A DNA stretch of 64,000 nt from Basidiobolus meristosporus CBS 931.73 (GCA_002104905.1 MCFE01000478.1:4399-68398), one strand, 5' to 3'. Positions 1-13,662 are shown, counted from the stretch's first letter. Numbers and translations: made by a program. The notes: generated by a model not told the origin, from the letters alone.

Positions 1-1521
1 TTCTGCATCGGCAAGGCGATCGCTCCTCCGAAGGATTGCGAGAATGCGTGGATTCCAGTGATCTGGGGTTGATCTAAGGGTTTCTGTTAGTGATACGCTC
101 GTGAGATTGAAAAGTCTCTGGGCATTTACCTTCTTCCTTGACCGCCGATTGAACACCAATGATATACAGCTGGAAGCATAGACCACATCCTATGCCGTAA
201 ATAGCAAGGTAGCCCAGCTCCTGAGCCTGCACCGAGCGAGGATTCAATGTGGTGATGAGGGCGGTACCGATGACAAGGATGCTGGTGCCTACGATGATCC
301 ATGGGCGCACCTTGCCGGTGTAACTAACAAGCCAGCCGGCACCCACCGAGGCCACAAAGTTGCACATCAGGGCGGGCAGGATCTTGATGCCGGAGCTTTC
401 TGCGCTATCCCCATAAACTGCCTGGAAAAACAACGGGATGTAGTACACGCCACCGAAGTAGACGGCCCCGAAGACGACGTCTCCGATCAGACTGACGCAG
501 ACGTTTCTGATCTTGAAGAATCGGAATGGCATGATGGGCTCCTTGGGGTAACGTGGCTCGTAGAAGACGAACAACGCCAACGCCAACACTCCAATGACAT
601 ACAGACTGATGATGACGGGGCTGGACCAAGCATACTTGGAGCCACCCCAGTTGGTAGGGATCAGGACGCACACCACCCCTGTGGCCAGCAAGAATGCACC
701 GACCCAATCAATCCGCCTGGCCTTGCTCCAAAATGTGCCGGGGGTAGAGTCGGAATCAAGACAGTAACCGACCACGAACAGGGTGAACACGATGAGGGGA
801 AGCTTCACGTAGAAAGCCCATCTCCAGGAAAGTTTGTCCGACAGGACTCCGCCTAGCAACGGACCGGTGATGGACGCGAGGGCGAACACTCCGGCCAGGA
901 TGCCCATGTACTTGCCTCTGTCACGAATAGGGAACGTATCTGCACGAAGGGGGTTAGATGATCCGAAAGGCCCAAGTTCCATCCACGATGCGGCACAAAC
1001 CTGAAATAATGATGAACGGCAACGAGTAGGTCCCGCCACCTCCGATACCGGTGAACGCTCTCGACAGGATCAGCATGGTCATGCTCTGCGAGACGCCGCA
1101 CAAAACGGTCCCGATGGTGAAGATGACCAACGCGGTAAGAACGACGACCTTCCTTCCGAACAGGGTGGCCAGTTTCCCGTAGAGTGGATGGAGAATGGTC
1201 ATACTCAGAAGGTAACTGGTGCCCACCCAGGAGATGGAATCCATGGCGTTGAACTCGCTGGCGATGTGTGAAAGGCACGTGGCGACGATGGTGTCGTCGA
1301 TGGCGCCGAGGAAGAATGTGAGGGCGAGGCTTTACAAGCAGCATTAGTATTGGTGATTGGTTTGGTTGGTAAGTTAATCAAGTGGCTAACCCAATGAACA
1401 GGGAGATCATTCTCCGGAAAGACATCTCTTTTTTGACGATCTCCGCATCCTCAAGATTCGCCTGCTTCTTCTCTAAGTCGGTAAACTCTATGGCAAGTGT
1501 GTTTTCTGACATTGTAGCCAT
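1..1521 (-). CDS. MFS multidrug transporter, DHA2 (EmrB/QacA-like, 14-TMS) family; 3' end runs off the window
   Basis: Spliced product MATMSENTLAIEFTDLEK...LALTFFLGAIDDTIVAT...SWVGTSYLL...LYGKLATLFGRK...RGKYMG...GPLLGGVLSDKLSWRWAF; GT-AG introns near 1340-1395, 940-1000 and 60-130. Confidence 0.9.
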
Positions 1522-2264
1522 TGCAACATGAGGGGACAACAAGCGGACCAGTAGCTATTTATCGATCAGCGGTCATCGCCCTTATTGGCCCGCTGGATGG
1601 GGTTTTTTTCTTTGCTGGTACTTTCTACCCAACTGGATCTAGATTCCCCAATTACTCGATGATAATGGCAATGGCTATCTAGCGTACCATAGGAAAACAG
1701 AAGCGTTCGACAGATTTGGATCCCGAATCAAACGATAAATTGAGTTTAACTCCACCGTGATGTCCGATGGTCGGGTGCTACAAAAGCACCGCGACGTAGA
1801 GGTGAACATGCCGGAGCCTTTCCCCACGCTTCAGTGGAAGCAAAGCGCTTGTCTTCACTCCCTTGCGCTGAGTCAAGCCCTGAATTACCCAGGTGAGCAG
1901 CACGCCGGATGTATGTAGTGAATAATCTATCTACTGGATTTGGTCATTCCGTCATCTATAGCAGCTTCTGAATGTCTCCTAATATGGAATTTATTCGCAG
2001 GATGTCGAATCTATCGAATTTGGCAATGTGGAAGGTACAATGGAAGAGATTCGTATAATTAGCAGGTTTCCTGCCCATGGACCGAATATACCCTCTTTGA
2101 GAAGTGATTGACCTTGTTGGACAATCTGGGAAACTTAGCTAAGAGGCGTGCACACATCGCACCTCCAGTATTTCTGAGCCCCATTTGTACACAAACGAAA
2201 GATCGGGATTTTATTAAGAACGTGCTTTAGCATGGATAGCAGCCACACTACAGAAACTAGGAAG

Positions 2265-4862
2265 CTAATTGGAAATTTGGAATGTGCTCGAATAGCCGGA
2301 ATGAGAGCTGATCTTTCCAAATGCTTTATTTGCCCCAAAGTATCCAATGCGATAGATCCCAGCTAGGCGGGCGAATGGGAAAAGTTTAGTTTAAACTCAA
2401 ATACAAGCATGCTACGATGACTTACGTTTCACATTGGGTTCGATCTGCCATTGGATGGTCACGTTGCTTTCGGCGATTCCTTGACGTTTCCATTGAAACT
2501 TGGTGCACCAATCTCCATCATTTCGAACCACTTTCCAATCATCGGATGTTTGCATCTCAACAGTAAGAAACGTCTCTTCCAGAGCCACTTTGTTTTTAGG
2601 GTGGCCACCTACGAATGCCACGCTCACCGTATCTCCTATCTTGTAAGTGGCTTGAGCATCCTTTAGAACATCTCCAAATTTCTTTCCGATGGGAGCGGTG
2701 TCCAGAACAACTCCAGTTTGAAGGTTGATGGCATTTCGAGTCAGATCTGGTGTGCTGATCAGAGAAACAACCGGCTTTCCTTGGATCATTGCTGCGGCCA
2801 CCTCCTTGTACAACTGTATATAGCCATCCAAGGTGTTGGGGCCATAGATAGTGGAGGCCCCCTCATACCGCTGAGCTGAATACTCCTCCGGAGTTGTAAC
2901 GTAACTTGAGTAAGTGTTCGATGGGCCTGCCAGAACTACGATTGGATTCTTCAAATCGCTCGTTTCGGCAAACACTTGTCCAATCGCCTCTCGTAATCGA
3001 CGGCCACTCATCGTGGTGAACTCACCAGGGACCACCGCAATCACCAGCTGTCCAACTCGCAGGATCTGGATATCAACTACGCGTGGCTGCCACATATAGG
3101 GTAACTTGATTTCTCCCGTGGCCAGAAGGACTGGCTTAGGAGATTGGCATTCCTTCAGCTCCTCACTTGGTTTCGTAATAAAAGCACGGACTACATCCCA
3201 GAATGGGTGGCTGACATTGGAGTCTCCTTGGGTGAAATCAAACTCACCAGGGCCTGGGTGTGAGAGTAGGTTGGTTAGTTGTGGCCGTGAGAAATTGGTG
3301 CAAAAAGGCATACCATCGGTAGTACCAGCAGCAAACGAATAACCCATGGCAGGTTTGCATAGTCTTTTCGTGGTTGAGTTTCCGAGTTTGACTTCCACTT
3401 TGGTCAGATCTACAAACTGGTGCCTGAAATCGACGGGTCCTTTGACGTATTCTTTAGCCTCATTCATCAATCTCTTCGCCGTTTCGTATTGATAGGAGCC
3501 GATAATCCTAGTAGACTCCACATCGCCTCCGGTTTCGTAGCCAGGCCCTCTAGATGATGTGATATCGATGGATTTGTGAATACAACATACAAGCCTAGGT
3601 TACAAAACTATATTACCTAGCAACACAAAGCTCGTTTTTGCCGTTACACGTACTTGTCTTATAGTCGCAGGGTAATCCGCTATCAAGACAGCGTGGCCCC
3701 TGAGTATTTGGAGAGACATCGCCCATGTTGGACTGAGCAAAGCCCGCAACAAACTTGCCTGTTCCTGGTAATATGTCGTCGCCATTCATTTCTCTTTCAA
3801 AAGCATAAGCAGCATATCCCTTGTTATCTCCGCTAATCAAGAGGTTTTCGTTGTTCATAGAGGTGCAATGGACTGCATACCAATTGAGAATACCCAATGG
3901 CTCCCCAGCCTCGTTGGTGAATTTGACCAGCCTCATCTCTTGGTCTGTATTGTGCTTGTAACGTGCTCGCTCAGACTGAGGGTTCTGATCGTATGCCCAG
4001 GGAGATCTGTTGATGTTTCCGTTCTCCACATCTCCCGCAGAGGTGGTTATGAATCCGGGAGTCATGTTTTCATGAGCTCGTTGGATTGAATTCACGATAC
4101 CGTTAACCACCGGACGAGTAGCGTCTTCAATAAATCCAAGATTGGTAAACTGATATAACACATATTGGTGCCAACCACCTGGACCACTATGAGTGTGTGT
4201 GCCGGTAAGTGCTACATTGTTGTCATTGTACAAATCGCCATAGAGCTGTTTTAATGCTTCGATAACCCGCCTGCGAACCACTTGAGAGATCATTCCCAAA
4301 TCTGCCGACACGTAGGCAATTCGATTTTCTGTCGCATTCGGATCACTGACAATGAAAGCTACAAGGTCATCAGCGAACACGTCAACCTACTTTTCAACTG
4401 GTAGGATAATGTACCTCTGGATCGTAATCTTAAATGGATACCGGCAGTTTTTTGGCTGGCTTTCGCATAACCCTGGTTTGGGAAGAAGTATCAGTATCGT
4501 CCTGTATGCGTCAAATTGAATTTTCTTACCATCATGTTAATTTCGGCTATATCACAAATTGTTCCATGTCGTATAGTGTTAGCTGGATATAATCATACAT
4601 AATCAAATACGAGTATCATACCAGCTGGTCTGTAAGGAATCAAAGAAACTCTTGTTAGTAAAACCGAGCTTGAAATGAACCTCAAGTTAACTTTAATTAC
4701 CCAGTAATGTCTGCGATGCCCACGCCGATCTACTCCCAATAGAAAGTGGATGGTTACGAGGTGGACTATGATTCCCGCAAGCAAGCAAAAACTTACCATG
4801 TAATCCGCAGCGAGCACAGCATTTAGTGCAATAAGCACTAAGAATATTGTCCACTGAAGCAT
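2265..4862 (-). CDS. Neutral/alkaline non-lysosomal ceramidase, secreted (signal peptide)
   Basis: MLQWTIFLVLIALNAVLA signal peptide; motifs GTHTHSGPGG, NRSPWAY, NWYAVHCTSMNN, SGDNKGYA, GDVSPN, PGEFTTMSGRRLR, YEGASTIYGP; multi-exon, last exon PGIYRIGYFG...QISN*. Confidence 0.93.
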
Positions 4863-5230
4863 CCTCACTGTAAACTCGAACGTATATAGTACTTGTATTG
4901 TAGCTCTAGCAAGTTACTTTCTTTGATAGAAAGTGTAGGCAGTCACAAAGAGAAAGAGTAGTAGAATAGCAGTCAAATGGAAAAAATGGCACTCAATGTA
5001 TACTTCGTAACAGGATTTGGCATTGTAATGACAATCGGATTAAAAATCCAAAGTGCGATGATGTGGCTTAACATATATGATGAGGAGAACGAGTATTTGC
5101 TGAATATAGTCATGCTACAAATAAAAAGCATGACGCACCTGATCTTTTCACTTGGCTATGACATAACCATATCAAATGTTCAAAATTGGTCGGAGTAACC
5201 GGAATAGATGAATGTAACAACTAGCTAGTC

Positions 5231-8200
5231 TCACTTTTGTCTTTTGCTACGGCGTGATTTAGCGGTTGAGGTGCGCTTGGATCCAGGCGTGATCTTACGT
5301 GGTGGGTGTTCTCGTTTTTTTGTTGGGCAGTTTTTTGCCAAGTGACCCTGCTGCTCCATTCAATCCTTCAGTTCATCCATTCTAAAATTCCTGTCTCAAT
5401 GCTGTGCAATGTACCTTATTGCAAACAAAGCAATTATACTCCCTAGGATTCTTGGTACGAGCCGAAGGCGCATGCTTTGGGCAGTTTCTTGCGATATGTC
5501 CTACCTATCATTCAAGTACCGCTGAACATTGAGCTATCAATACAACAATATAAACTGTTCATTTACCTGACCACACTTATAACAAATCTCCGAGGAGCCT
5601 GGCAGCGAGATGCCGCCGCTATTACACTCATTTTCATCACGAGTTTCAAGCCACTGGAAGAAGGTACATCTTCCATTGGAGTTTAAGCAGGCGAAAAATG
5701 ATTTCCCTTTGTTTGGCCCATCCTTTGAAACAGTCCTGATAGTAGTCAATAGACCACAGTCACACACAGGGTTGTTTTCGTTTAAAGGATTATTCTGAAA
5801 ATAAAGTTGCTTAGTGCCCAAAATGGTTACTGCGAAGGTAAACTGCTATTTAGGACTCAACCCTGAGCTTACCATCACCACTTCAGAGACAATAGTTTCG
5901 CCCGTCAATTCCTGTCTGTTGCCCTCTAAATATTCCATCGAAGGAAACGATGGTACTTCGTCTTTCCATTGAAAAAAATCACAATTTTGTCCTTTAGGTT
6001 TCGGACAACCATAGAATTGTCTGCCAGTATTGGGTCCTCTTTTGCGTACAGTCTTGGCGCTGGCACGATCACCACAAGAACATTTAGGAATATTGGCATC
6101 GTCTATAACATTGCTGTTAGTGGACATCCTGAAATCTGCACTGTTGTGGTGAGCTTCCACTCTATGACCATTGTTTTTTGGTACATCAACGTTTGCTAAA
6201 ACAGGATCACGTTCGCAACATGCCTTGATCACGATAATCAGTACATGAAACACGGATTGTATATATACGTTATTCGCTTACCTGAAGGGTACAGGAATCT
6301 TCAAGCCATTGAAAGAAATCGCATCTATCTGCATCTTGGGGTTTAGAACAACAGAAAAATTGCCTCCCTTGATTAGGACCCTCTTTCTTCACTGTTCTGG
6401 AAACTGATTGCAGCCCGCAGTAGCATGATGGAATAGAGCCAATCTCTGCAAGAACCGGGCAACTAACATTGATGTTCTTATATCTCTCGTTAACAATACC
6501 ATTCTCGGCGTGATCTACTCCTGATCCTTCATCATTATCCTAATGGAGAGTGAGCACTTCATTAACGATTTTAAATGGTATGTGATAACACATACTTGAA
6601 ACAACTGATTCGGTTCGAGCTCCTCCGGATTATGGCCAAAATACCTCGCTAATGCCTAAACAAGGAATGAATATGCATCAAAAAACCGAGAAGCAAATCT
6701 GTTCCTACTTGCACAAGTTTGAAACTTTGATCATTGGTTTTGAGAAAAACATCTCGATACATCCCAACTCCTTGTCTTACGACCAACTCTTTGGTTTGTG
6801 ATCCCTCGCAGATTTTTCTCATGTTAAGCTCCATCTTGATTTCAGTAGTTGACTGTTAGTTGCATTCTAATCGACGTATAAACAGTAACGGGGCTTACTT
6901 CTCTTCTAAGAAACGGTTTGGAGAGAGATGTATTAAAATCAATACCATCATATCCTTCCACAAGGGCGATGCCTAATGTGGAGGGCACAAAATAGCTCGC
7001 TTCTTTGAATGCATAAGCGCGATCCAGAACCTTCTTGATATGTTCGTGGATTGTTGCATCAGTGCCTAAGCCGAAGATCAATCTACAACCCTCAGAATCA
7101 AGGACTGTTATTCCAACTAACCTATTCCATTTTTGTCCATTACTGCAATCAAGTCAGCCTCGGTTAAGAGAGAGGGAGGACTGGTTTTTCCCTCAGACAT
7201 TTCGATGCTATCAGGTATAAATTGCTCGCCCTTCTGGAAGACTGGGATAGTGGTTTCACTCCAGCGATCGTATGGATAAATTTCAAGGTAATTTCTGGCA
7301 ATAATCATCAAACCTATGTACCAAGGGTAGTGAATACTAATTAATTGGGGTATGCGTAGTTGTTTACCCTTTGTAGTGAAGACTTCGTCGGAAATGTTGA
7401 TCTCCACAGTGGTTTCATGGCCTTTAGCGTTGTCGGAACATGCAGCAAGAAACCTCCTAACAACAAACTCATAGACTTGTCGATCATCGCCAATCAAGTC
7501 TTTTGCCCAGGCTGTAGGGTGTATTGGCGGGTGTGCCTTGTCGTTATTTTTTCCTGTTCGTGGGGATTTGAACCCACCCGTCAAAAGCCTATTCACGGAA
7601 TAATAGGATCAGTTATAGGCGTTTCTCATTGATCAATAACCAGTATCACATTTTAGCATATGGACCCCACTGCTGATCGTGGACTTGTTTTTCGATTAGT
7701 GGTAGAAGCTGGAAGCTATTATCGAATTGATCAGTTTCAGTTCTGGGGTAACTTATGAAACCACGGTTATATAAACTCTCAGCAATCTTGTGTCAAAATA
7801 GATGTTAGCAAACTGAGACGATAGATGTACCAATACTAAGTCACCGTCATAATTCGGTCAGAAGTCATTTTGAGAAAACGTGCGCCAGATTTTTGGAGCT
7901 CAACTGTAGTTAATGGTAATGGCTTCCTGATTTTATGAGCGAGTGCAGATAAATATGTAGTTGAGGAGATCTGAAAGCAGCAAAGGCGGTTTACCATTTA
8001 CTGGTAGGCTTGGATTTCACTCCAGAAACCGTGGCCATGGAGTTTTCAACGCATTGTTCATACAAGATAAGACAAAACAATTGACAGTACATGGACCCTC
8101 TTTGCCAATTGAATCTGGCTAAACCATCAGCTCGATTGACACACACATCTATTTTCCAGAAATCCTCAGGGACGAAATTCTCGACTCGGAGGAACTGATC

Positions 8201-9192
8201 GACGATAAATCCGAGAGTAGGAAACTGACAGGGCCCTATATTGCATGGTCTCTATCAAGCACACCTTGAGTTGACATCATTAAGAGTTGTTACTGGCTTA
8301 CCATAGCTTATTACTTTTTCGTTCAGCTCATGAAACTGAGGACAGAGTTGTAACGTTTGAAACCGAGTGAAGGCCGCTCCGATTCTCAAGTCTAGCTCAG
8401 TGCGTGCATCAACTGCGTCTACTTGTCGGATATCTAGATTCAATGGGTTTTGACATGCATTATGGATTTCCCTATAGTAACCGGAATACAAGGGATCAAT
8501 ATCCTATACAAAATGACAACATAAATATGTAGATTTATTGGTACCTTGTCATAACTACGGAAAATCGAGCTCTCAGAACATGTATCCTATCATTCGCTTT
8601 GGAACAGATTTCCACGACTTCATGTCCAATATTTTCGCCTTCCCGATCACAATCGGTCCATATCATCAGTATCGAAGCATCTCTCACTTCTCGCTGCAGA
8701 TTTACCACGATGTCTTTAAAAGCCTATCAAAAAAGTGGATATTCATTGGATCCCGCCTTTGTTTAAGGATACAGGATAGCTATTTACCGGGTTTACTGAT
8801 TTATATACTGGTGCCTCGAACAGCGATGCTGGCGGGCAAGAATCCCACTTTTTGTGATTTGGTCCAAAATCCAATACCATTATATGCCCGAGCAATGAAG
8901 TCATCGTGAATTTGCATGTTTTCCCGTTGTATTTATACTGGAAGTCGAAGTTTTTGCAATATTTGTTTTTTCCGGCTCTCTAAATTGACAAAACAGTGAC
9001 CAACGCTGAGTACATTGCATGATACCAGTGACGTGAGGAATACAAAGCGGCAATCTTCATAGAACAATAGACCAATGGATCCTAAACCTCGATCTATTCC
9101 AAAATACCTACGGTACGAACGTTTCCTTTTGATAGTATCTGGGCGATGCTTTTGGCTATAGAGGGCTTCTCAGCAACACACAATATCTTCAT
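5231..9192 (-). CDS. TOP3: DNA topoisomerase III (Top3alpha type) with C-terminal 3x GRF zinc fingers and 2x CCHC knuckles
   Basis: MKILCVAEKPSIAK (Toprim), ELDLRIGAAFTRFQT, HPPIHP, LIAVMDKNGIGTDAT; GRF motifs CYCG..SRTVKKEGPNQGRQFFCC, CSCG..KTVRKRGPNTGRQFYGC, CDCG..RTVSKDGPNKGKSFFAC; knuckles CYKCGQVGHIARNC and CFVCNKQGHLAKNC after splicing. Confidence 0.92.
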
Positions 9193-10292
9193 TTCAGCGT
9201 GTATGGGATTAGGGGAATTCCTTTTGATAGAATTAAATCTTTCAAAGAGAGATAAATTTAAACTAAAGATTGCCACTCTTGACCAACAATGATTTTGGCA
9301 ACATTTTGTCCATGCAATGTTAATATACCCACTAAAATCATTAGCATTTAGTTAGAATAATGATCCGAAAATATCTATTGCAGGGGTATATCGTAATTTG
9401 GGTTATTTTCATCACCAACAAAACGCTTCCACATCTAATTTCTGCTCTAGTCCTAGAGTAGCAACAGTGAAGAGATCTGCTTCAGCGAGAACCAACCCAA
9501 GTAAAAGTAAGTAGCATTGCTGGTTTTGATTTATTCTGATCACTCTATATGATGTTTGATATGTAAAAGGTTTGACTGCGTTTCAATCCAAAGCTCACTG
9601 CTCTCAATTTTCTCGACATCCCTGCTGTGCCTGTATTGTTCGAAATCTTGGCTTTAGATCTAGTATTGTCTATTAAGCAGTAAGGCCGGACATAAATCTA
9701 CAAGGGGTGCCAAGTCTGAATTATTTCAGCTTGACATCTACGAGTTTTTCATAGACCCTGAACTCTAACATTGAGTTTTACGGGTAAAGGGGACTCTAAG
9801 ATCTACATATCTGGTTTACAACATGAACTCTCCGAACTTAGTGTTATGTTGTGAGAGCGGATTGGTGAACCAAAAGTAAGGTTGCAGCGTAAAATATTCT
9901 ACCAGCTTTGAGAAGCTTTGCATAGCTGGCGAGGAGCGCGGCATATAGAAAAGGGCAGTGCGGGATTCACCCGAGAGGTTGGGACCGGAGCTTTTGCGAT
10001 TACGTAGATATGAGAACCCCCACTCCACTGATAGAGTTATATTTGTTGCCTGGTAACAATAACATACTAACGTATCTTTTTGCTATAGAATGAGCGAGTC
10101 ATTTAGGTAATACGCATTTCCATGAGTATCCAGCGTTGAATGTAAAGATGGTTTATCATATTAAAATAAATGTGTACATATAATACGGACAAACATAGGT
10201 TTGTATGACTAAATATCTGAATACGCATATGAATACAATAAGCACTTGCGTGGCTAGAGAAGACTCCACTACCTCCAGAGCAGTTTCGCGAG

Positions 10293-10724
10293 CTACTCGT
10301 TCGATTCGCTTAGCACCAACTCTCTTGAAGCATTTGAACTGACGGAGCTTCTTCTGGTGGGCAGGATTATCCCCAGAGTAGCGATTGCTTCGGCCAAACT
10401 TCTTTCGTAATCAGCTTTAACCTTGATGGCGTCAAATTGGTCGTTCTCCTTATCTAATTCGCAGAAGCTTTGTTTACGTGGTTTTCTTTGAGGGCCTAAG
10501 CCGGTGAGCAGAGGGGAGTCGTTGCTGAGTTTTTTAGGCTTTTTCCAGCCTAGCTCGGTGTCCTCGAAGTTGCACTTGTAGTTGAGGAAGTCTTGTGCAA
10601 AGCTTTTGTTTTTCTTAGGGGGTCGGATTACATCTAGCTCACTATCGCTACGTACTTCTGAGAACAAATCATCAGTGGCCCAGCTAATGCGATAGTTGGC
10701 AAATTCCAGGTCTGGATTGGACAT
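10293..10724 (-). CDS. Hypothetical protein (~143 aa), no recognised domain
   Basis: Open frame MSNPDLEF...ELVLSESNE* in an otherwise AT-rich intergenic stretch. Confidence 0.4.
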   Translation of the reverse strand: MSNPDLEFANYRISWATDDLFSEVRSDSELDVIRPPKKNKSFAQDFLNYKCNFEDTELGWKKPKKLSNDSPLLTGLGPQRKPRKQSFCELDKENDQFDAIKVKADYERSLAEAIATLGIILPTRRSSVSSNASRELVLSESNE

Positions 10725-10996
10725 AATTGCCAAAGGCCAACTAGTTGGAAGAGTCAAAGGTAACAGACAGACTCTATTTGTACGTCCTGGTAGAACATTC
10801 AAAATTGGGCATATAACAGAACTTTCCTGGTTATTGTATAATGATTCGAACTGCTTTGATTGGTTTCAAGACGCTGAAATGATTATCATTGTATGAAGAG
10901 AGTGGCCATGTAGGATAATTTATTTTCCAACTGTCACATGATACGACTGTCCATATCCAGGCCACACTTCAGGTTGTGTATGAAGAAAACTTCGCC

Positions 10997-11681
10997 ATGA
11001 AGCAGGTACAAGTCGCTTGTGCAGGCTTGATCTTTCGACCTGACAGGAAATTCTTGATTGGTAAGCGTAAAGGTAGCCAAGGCGAAGGTAACTATTGATC
11101 CCCAGCCAGATCTTATCACCCTTCACTAGACACTCCTTTTCAGGAACCTGGGCTTTACCCGGAGGTAATAAACACCAGCATACACCAGTGTAGAGGAGAG
11201 TATTTTCTCAACTTCAATATGATATTCCTTAGGCCACTTGGAGTTTGGGGAGAGTTTCGAATCCTGCGCCGCTCGTAAGCACTGATACATACTTCTAGAA
11301 ACAAGATTAATGTACAATATTTATCCTGGTTTGCATCTCAAGGGGAAACGGAAGAAGAAACGGCACTCAAGATCCCAGCCTCTGCATTTAGATATCTCTA
11401 TGCCGTCAATGCACCGATGCCGTTGGCTAGTAAACACTATGTCACAGTATTTTTGAGAGCAGATATAGAAGAAAATGAACCGGAGGTGAAGGTAACTCTT
11501 CAAGATCATTTTACCACCAAGGGCTCAGACTAACTAGCGAACTAAGAATATGGAGCCACACAAGTGTGACGGTTGGGCTTGGGTCTCCCTACAAGAATTG
11601 GAGGACCCCAATTCACCATACTCTCCACTTTATTTTCCTTTCGCTGAGCTAGTGGAGAAAACCAGAGAACACTTCCAGTAA
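10997..11681 (+). CDS. Nudix hydrolase, NUDT15/MTH2-like nucleotide triphosphate diphosphatase
   Basis: Not in the ORF track because of 4 introns; spliced MKQVQVACAGLIF...[40 protein letters not shown] (Nudix box)...HYVTVFL...MEPHKCDGWAW... Confidence 0.85.
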
Positions 11682-12229
11682 TAAAGCAGAGTAATCACAC
11701 TTTGAACATCCACCAGTCAACACTGACAATCCTCGTGGATTTTAATCGACCAGTAAACATTAATCTTATCCGGAACACACTCCACCAATGATATGGGATA
11801 TACTCCAGGGACGGTCAAAATATGCCGTTTGAACCTGTGGAGAATATTATTAGACGTGACGTCAAAATTCCTATCATTGGATGTGATATTTTGGGACGAC
11901 CATAAGGGCACCTGAGGAGTACTGATCTCCCGGAAGCTAAAACTTCTCTTGGGCAGAATTCGGGATTTCAAAAGAATTACTGGACCTTGATTTTTCTCGA
12001 TGGTTTTTTTTCAAAGTCGATTCATTATCAATCGCTGGTGACCGTTGGATTGTCGTATTTTTTTACTTAACTACCAAGAGGCCCTTCGTTCCTTTCCTCA
12101 CAAAACTCGACTGGAAGCAGTTTGAGCGTTACTTCACTTGGTTGAATTTCACTTGCCACTTTCCCCCAAACATACAACCACCCTGCATTGTGGCCTTTTG
12201 GGTCTGAAACTCCCCTTCCTTTTGACAAT

Positions 12230-13662
12230 ATGAGTATGTGTTTCGTCGTAAAGTGGTTTCTTCTTCGTCAGCGCTAACAGCATTGTTGGGTCAGTAGGAA
12301 AAACTCCAACCTCAGCAAGCCGAAGAGGCAATCGCGGAGGCAGCAAACGTAGCAAGTCTGAAGAAGAGACTCGCTGCGTGTGCGGCCAGCAACGTAAGCT
12401 CCTTCATCACTCCTCCACCGCTTAAGTATCATTCTTTTTATTTATATCAACAGCTTTAGATCACGAAGGACTGATGATCCAGTGTGAACTATGCAAAGTA
12501 TGGCAACACTGCGCCTGCGTGGATATACTCGACGAGAAGGACTGTCCTGAGCAATATTTTTGCGAGCAGTGCAAACCAGAAAACCACCCATACCTGCAGT
12601 ACTACAAAAGCAACCTCAAAGCAAAGTACGTTTGTTTTCTATGTTCATACAGTGCTCTGTATGCTTACCTCTCACTGCAGTAGCCCGTTGAAGCCCAAAA
12701 AGCACTCTTCGGAGGGTGGCAATAGCACCCATTCTGACAGCAAGTCGTCAGATGAGAGTCGAAAGAAAAAGCGAGGAGACCAGCCTGATGGTCCCGAAGT
12801 CGAGCCCTTCTCCGACCTATCTGATCTTGATACTGAAGATGGTTATAGAAAGGAGAGTCGTTCGAAACGCACGAAGACTCCACGGAATCGCTCACCTAGT
12901 CCCATTTCCGCTGGTAGGAAGACTAAGGAATCCGAAAGCGATGAAGACTATCTTAGTCGCGGTGAGCGCAGGAAGAAAAAAGCCAATTCCACTCCCAAGA
13001 TCGAGGACCGCGATTACACGAGTTCCAAAAATAGAAAGCGTGATAATAAATCCAGTGGCCATGGTGATGAGGAGGTAGTGGCGAAAGAAGAAAGCCAGCA
13101 CCGAAAAGTGGCCAAAAAAGACACCAAAGGTATTCAATGATTACATCTTGTACACCCGAGTCAATTGGGCCTAACGTTTGAAGCAGAGTGCAGTAGCAGT
13201 CACGAGTCAGAAACTCCACAAAAACCTGCCTCATCTAACGAGGAAACACACACTAATGGGAAGCGAAAGAAGACTCGACGAAGCACGCCGGACCATTCTC
13301 GAAATTCATCTCGCTCGAAGGATGGTGTACACACCCCCGACAATAGACGTACGATTCAACTACTCATGACTTGACATATACCGAGATCGATTCTTACTGA
13401 GTTTCTAACGTTAGGTTCACCCCCGGTTCGAGTGAAAAACGTGAGCAATCGCATGACATTTCAAGACATGAACCGACGGACCAAGCATATTTTCGATTGC
13501 ATAACTCGTATACAGGTCTCTATGGCTGAGAAGGGAAAGGAGGAGGATGCAGGAGGAGCGGACCTGAATGGTAAAGGCTGTGAAGTAACAACCATGGAGA
13601 TGGTTGAAGGGCTCACTAGAAAACTAGTTCACTTTCAGGAACTGTATGGTGATATGCGTTGA
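12230..13662 (+). CDS. PHD-finger chromatin protein, Cti6-like (Rpd3L-associated)
   Basis: [26 protein letters not shown]...YFCEQC PHD finger; low-complexity basic/acidic middle; C-terminal [21 protein letters not shown] motif resembling Cti6. Confidence 0.75.

Noticed and set aside
9738-9761. CTACGAGTTTTT, a 12-nt complement (one G-U) of SSU AAAAGCUCGUAG, near a CTGA
   Set aside because: The CTGA is 8 nt too far for the D+5 rule and no clear box C lies upstream, so it is not called as a snoRNA
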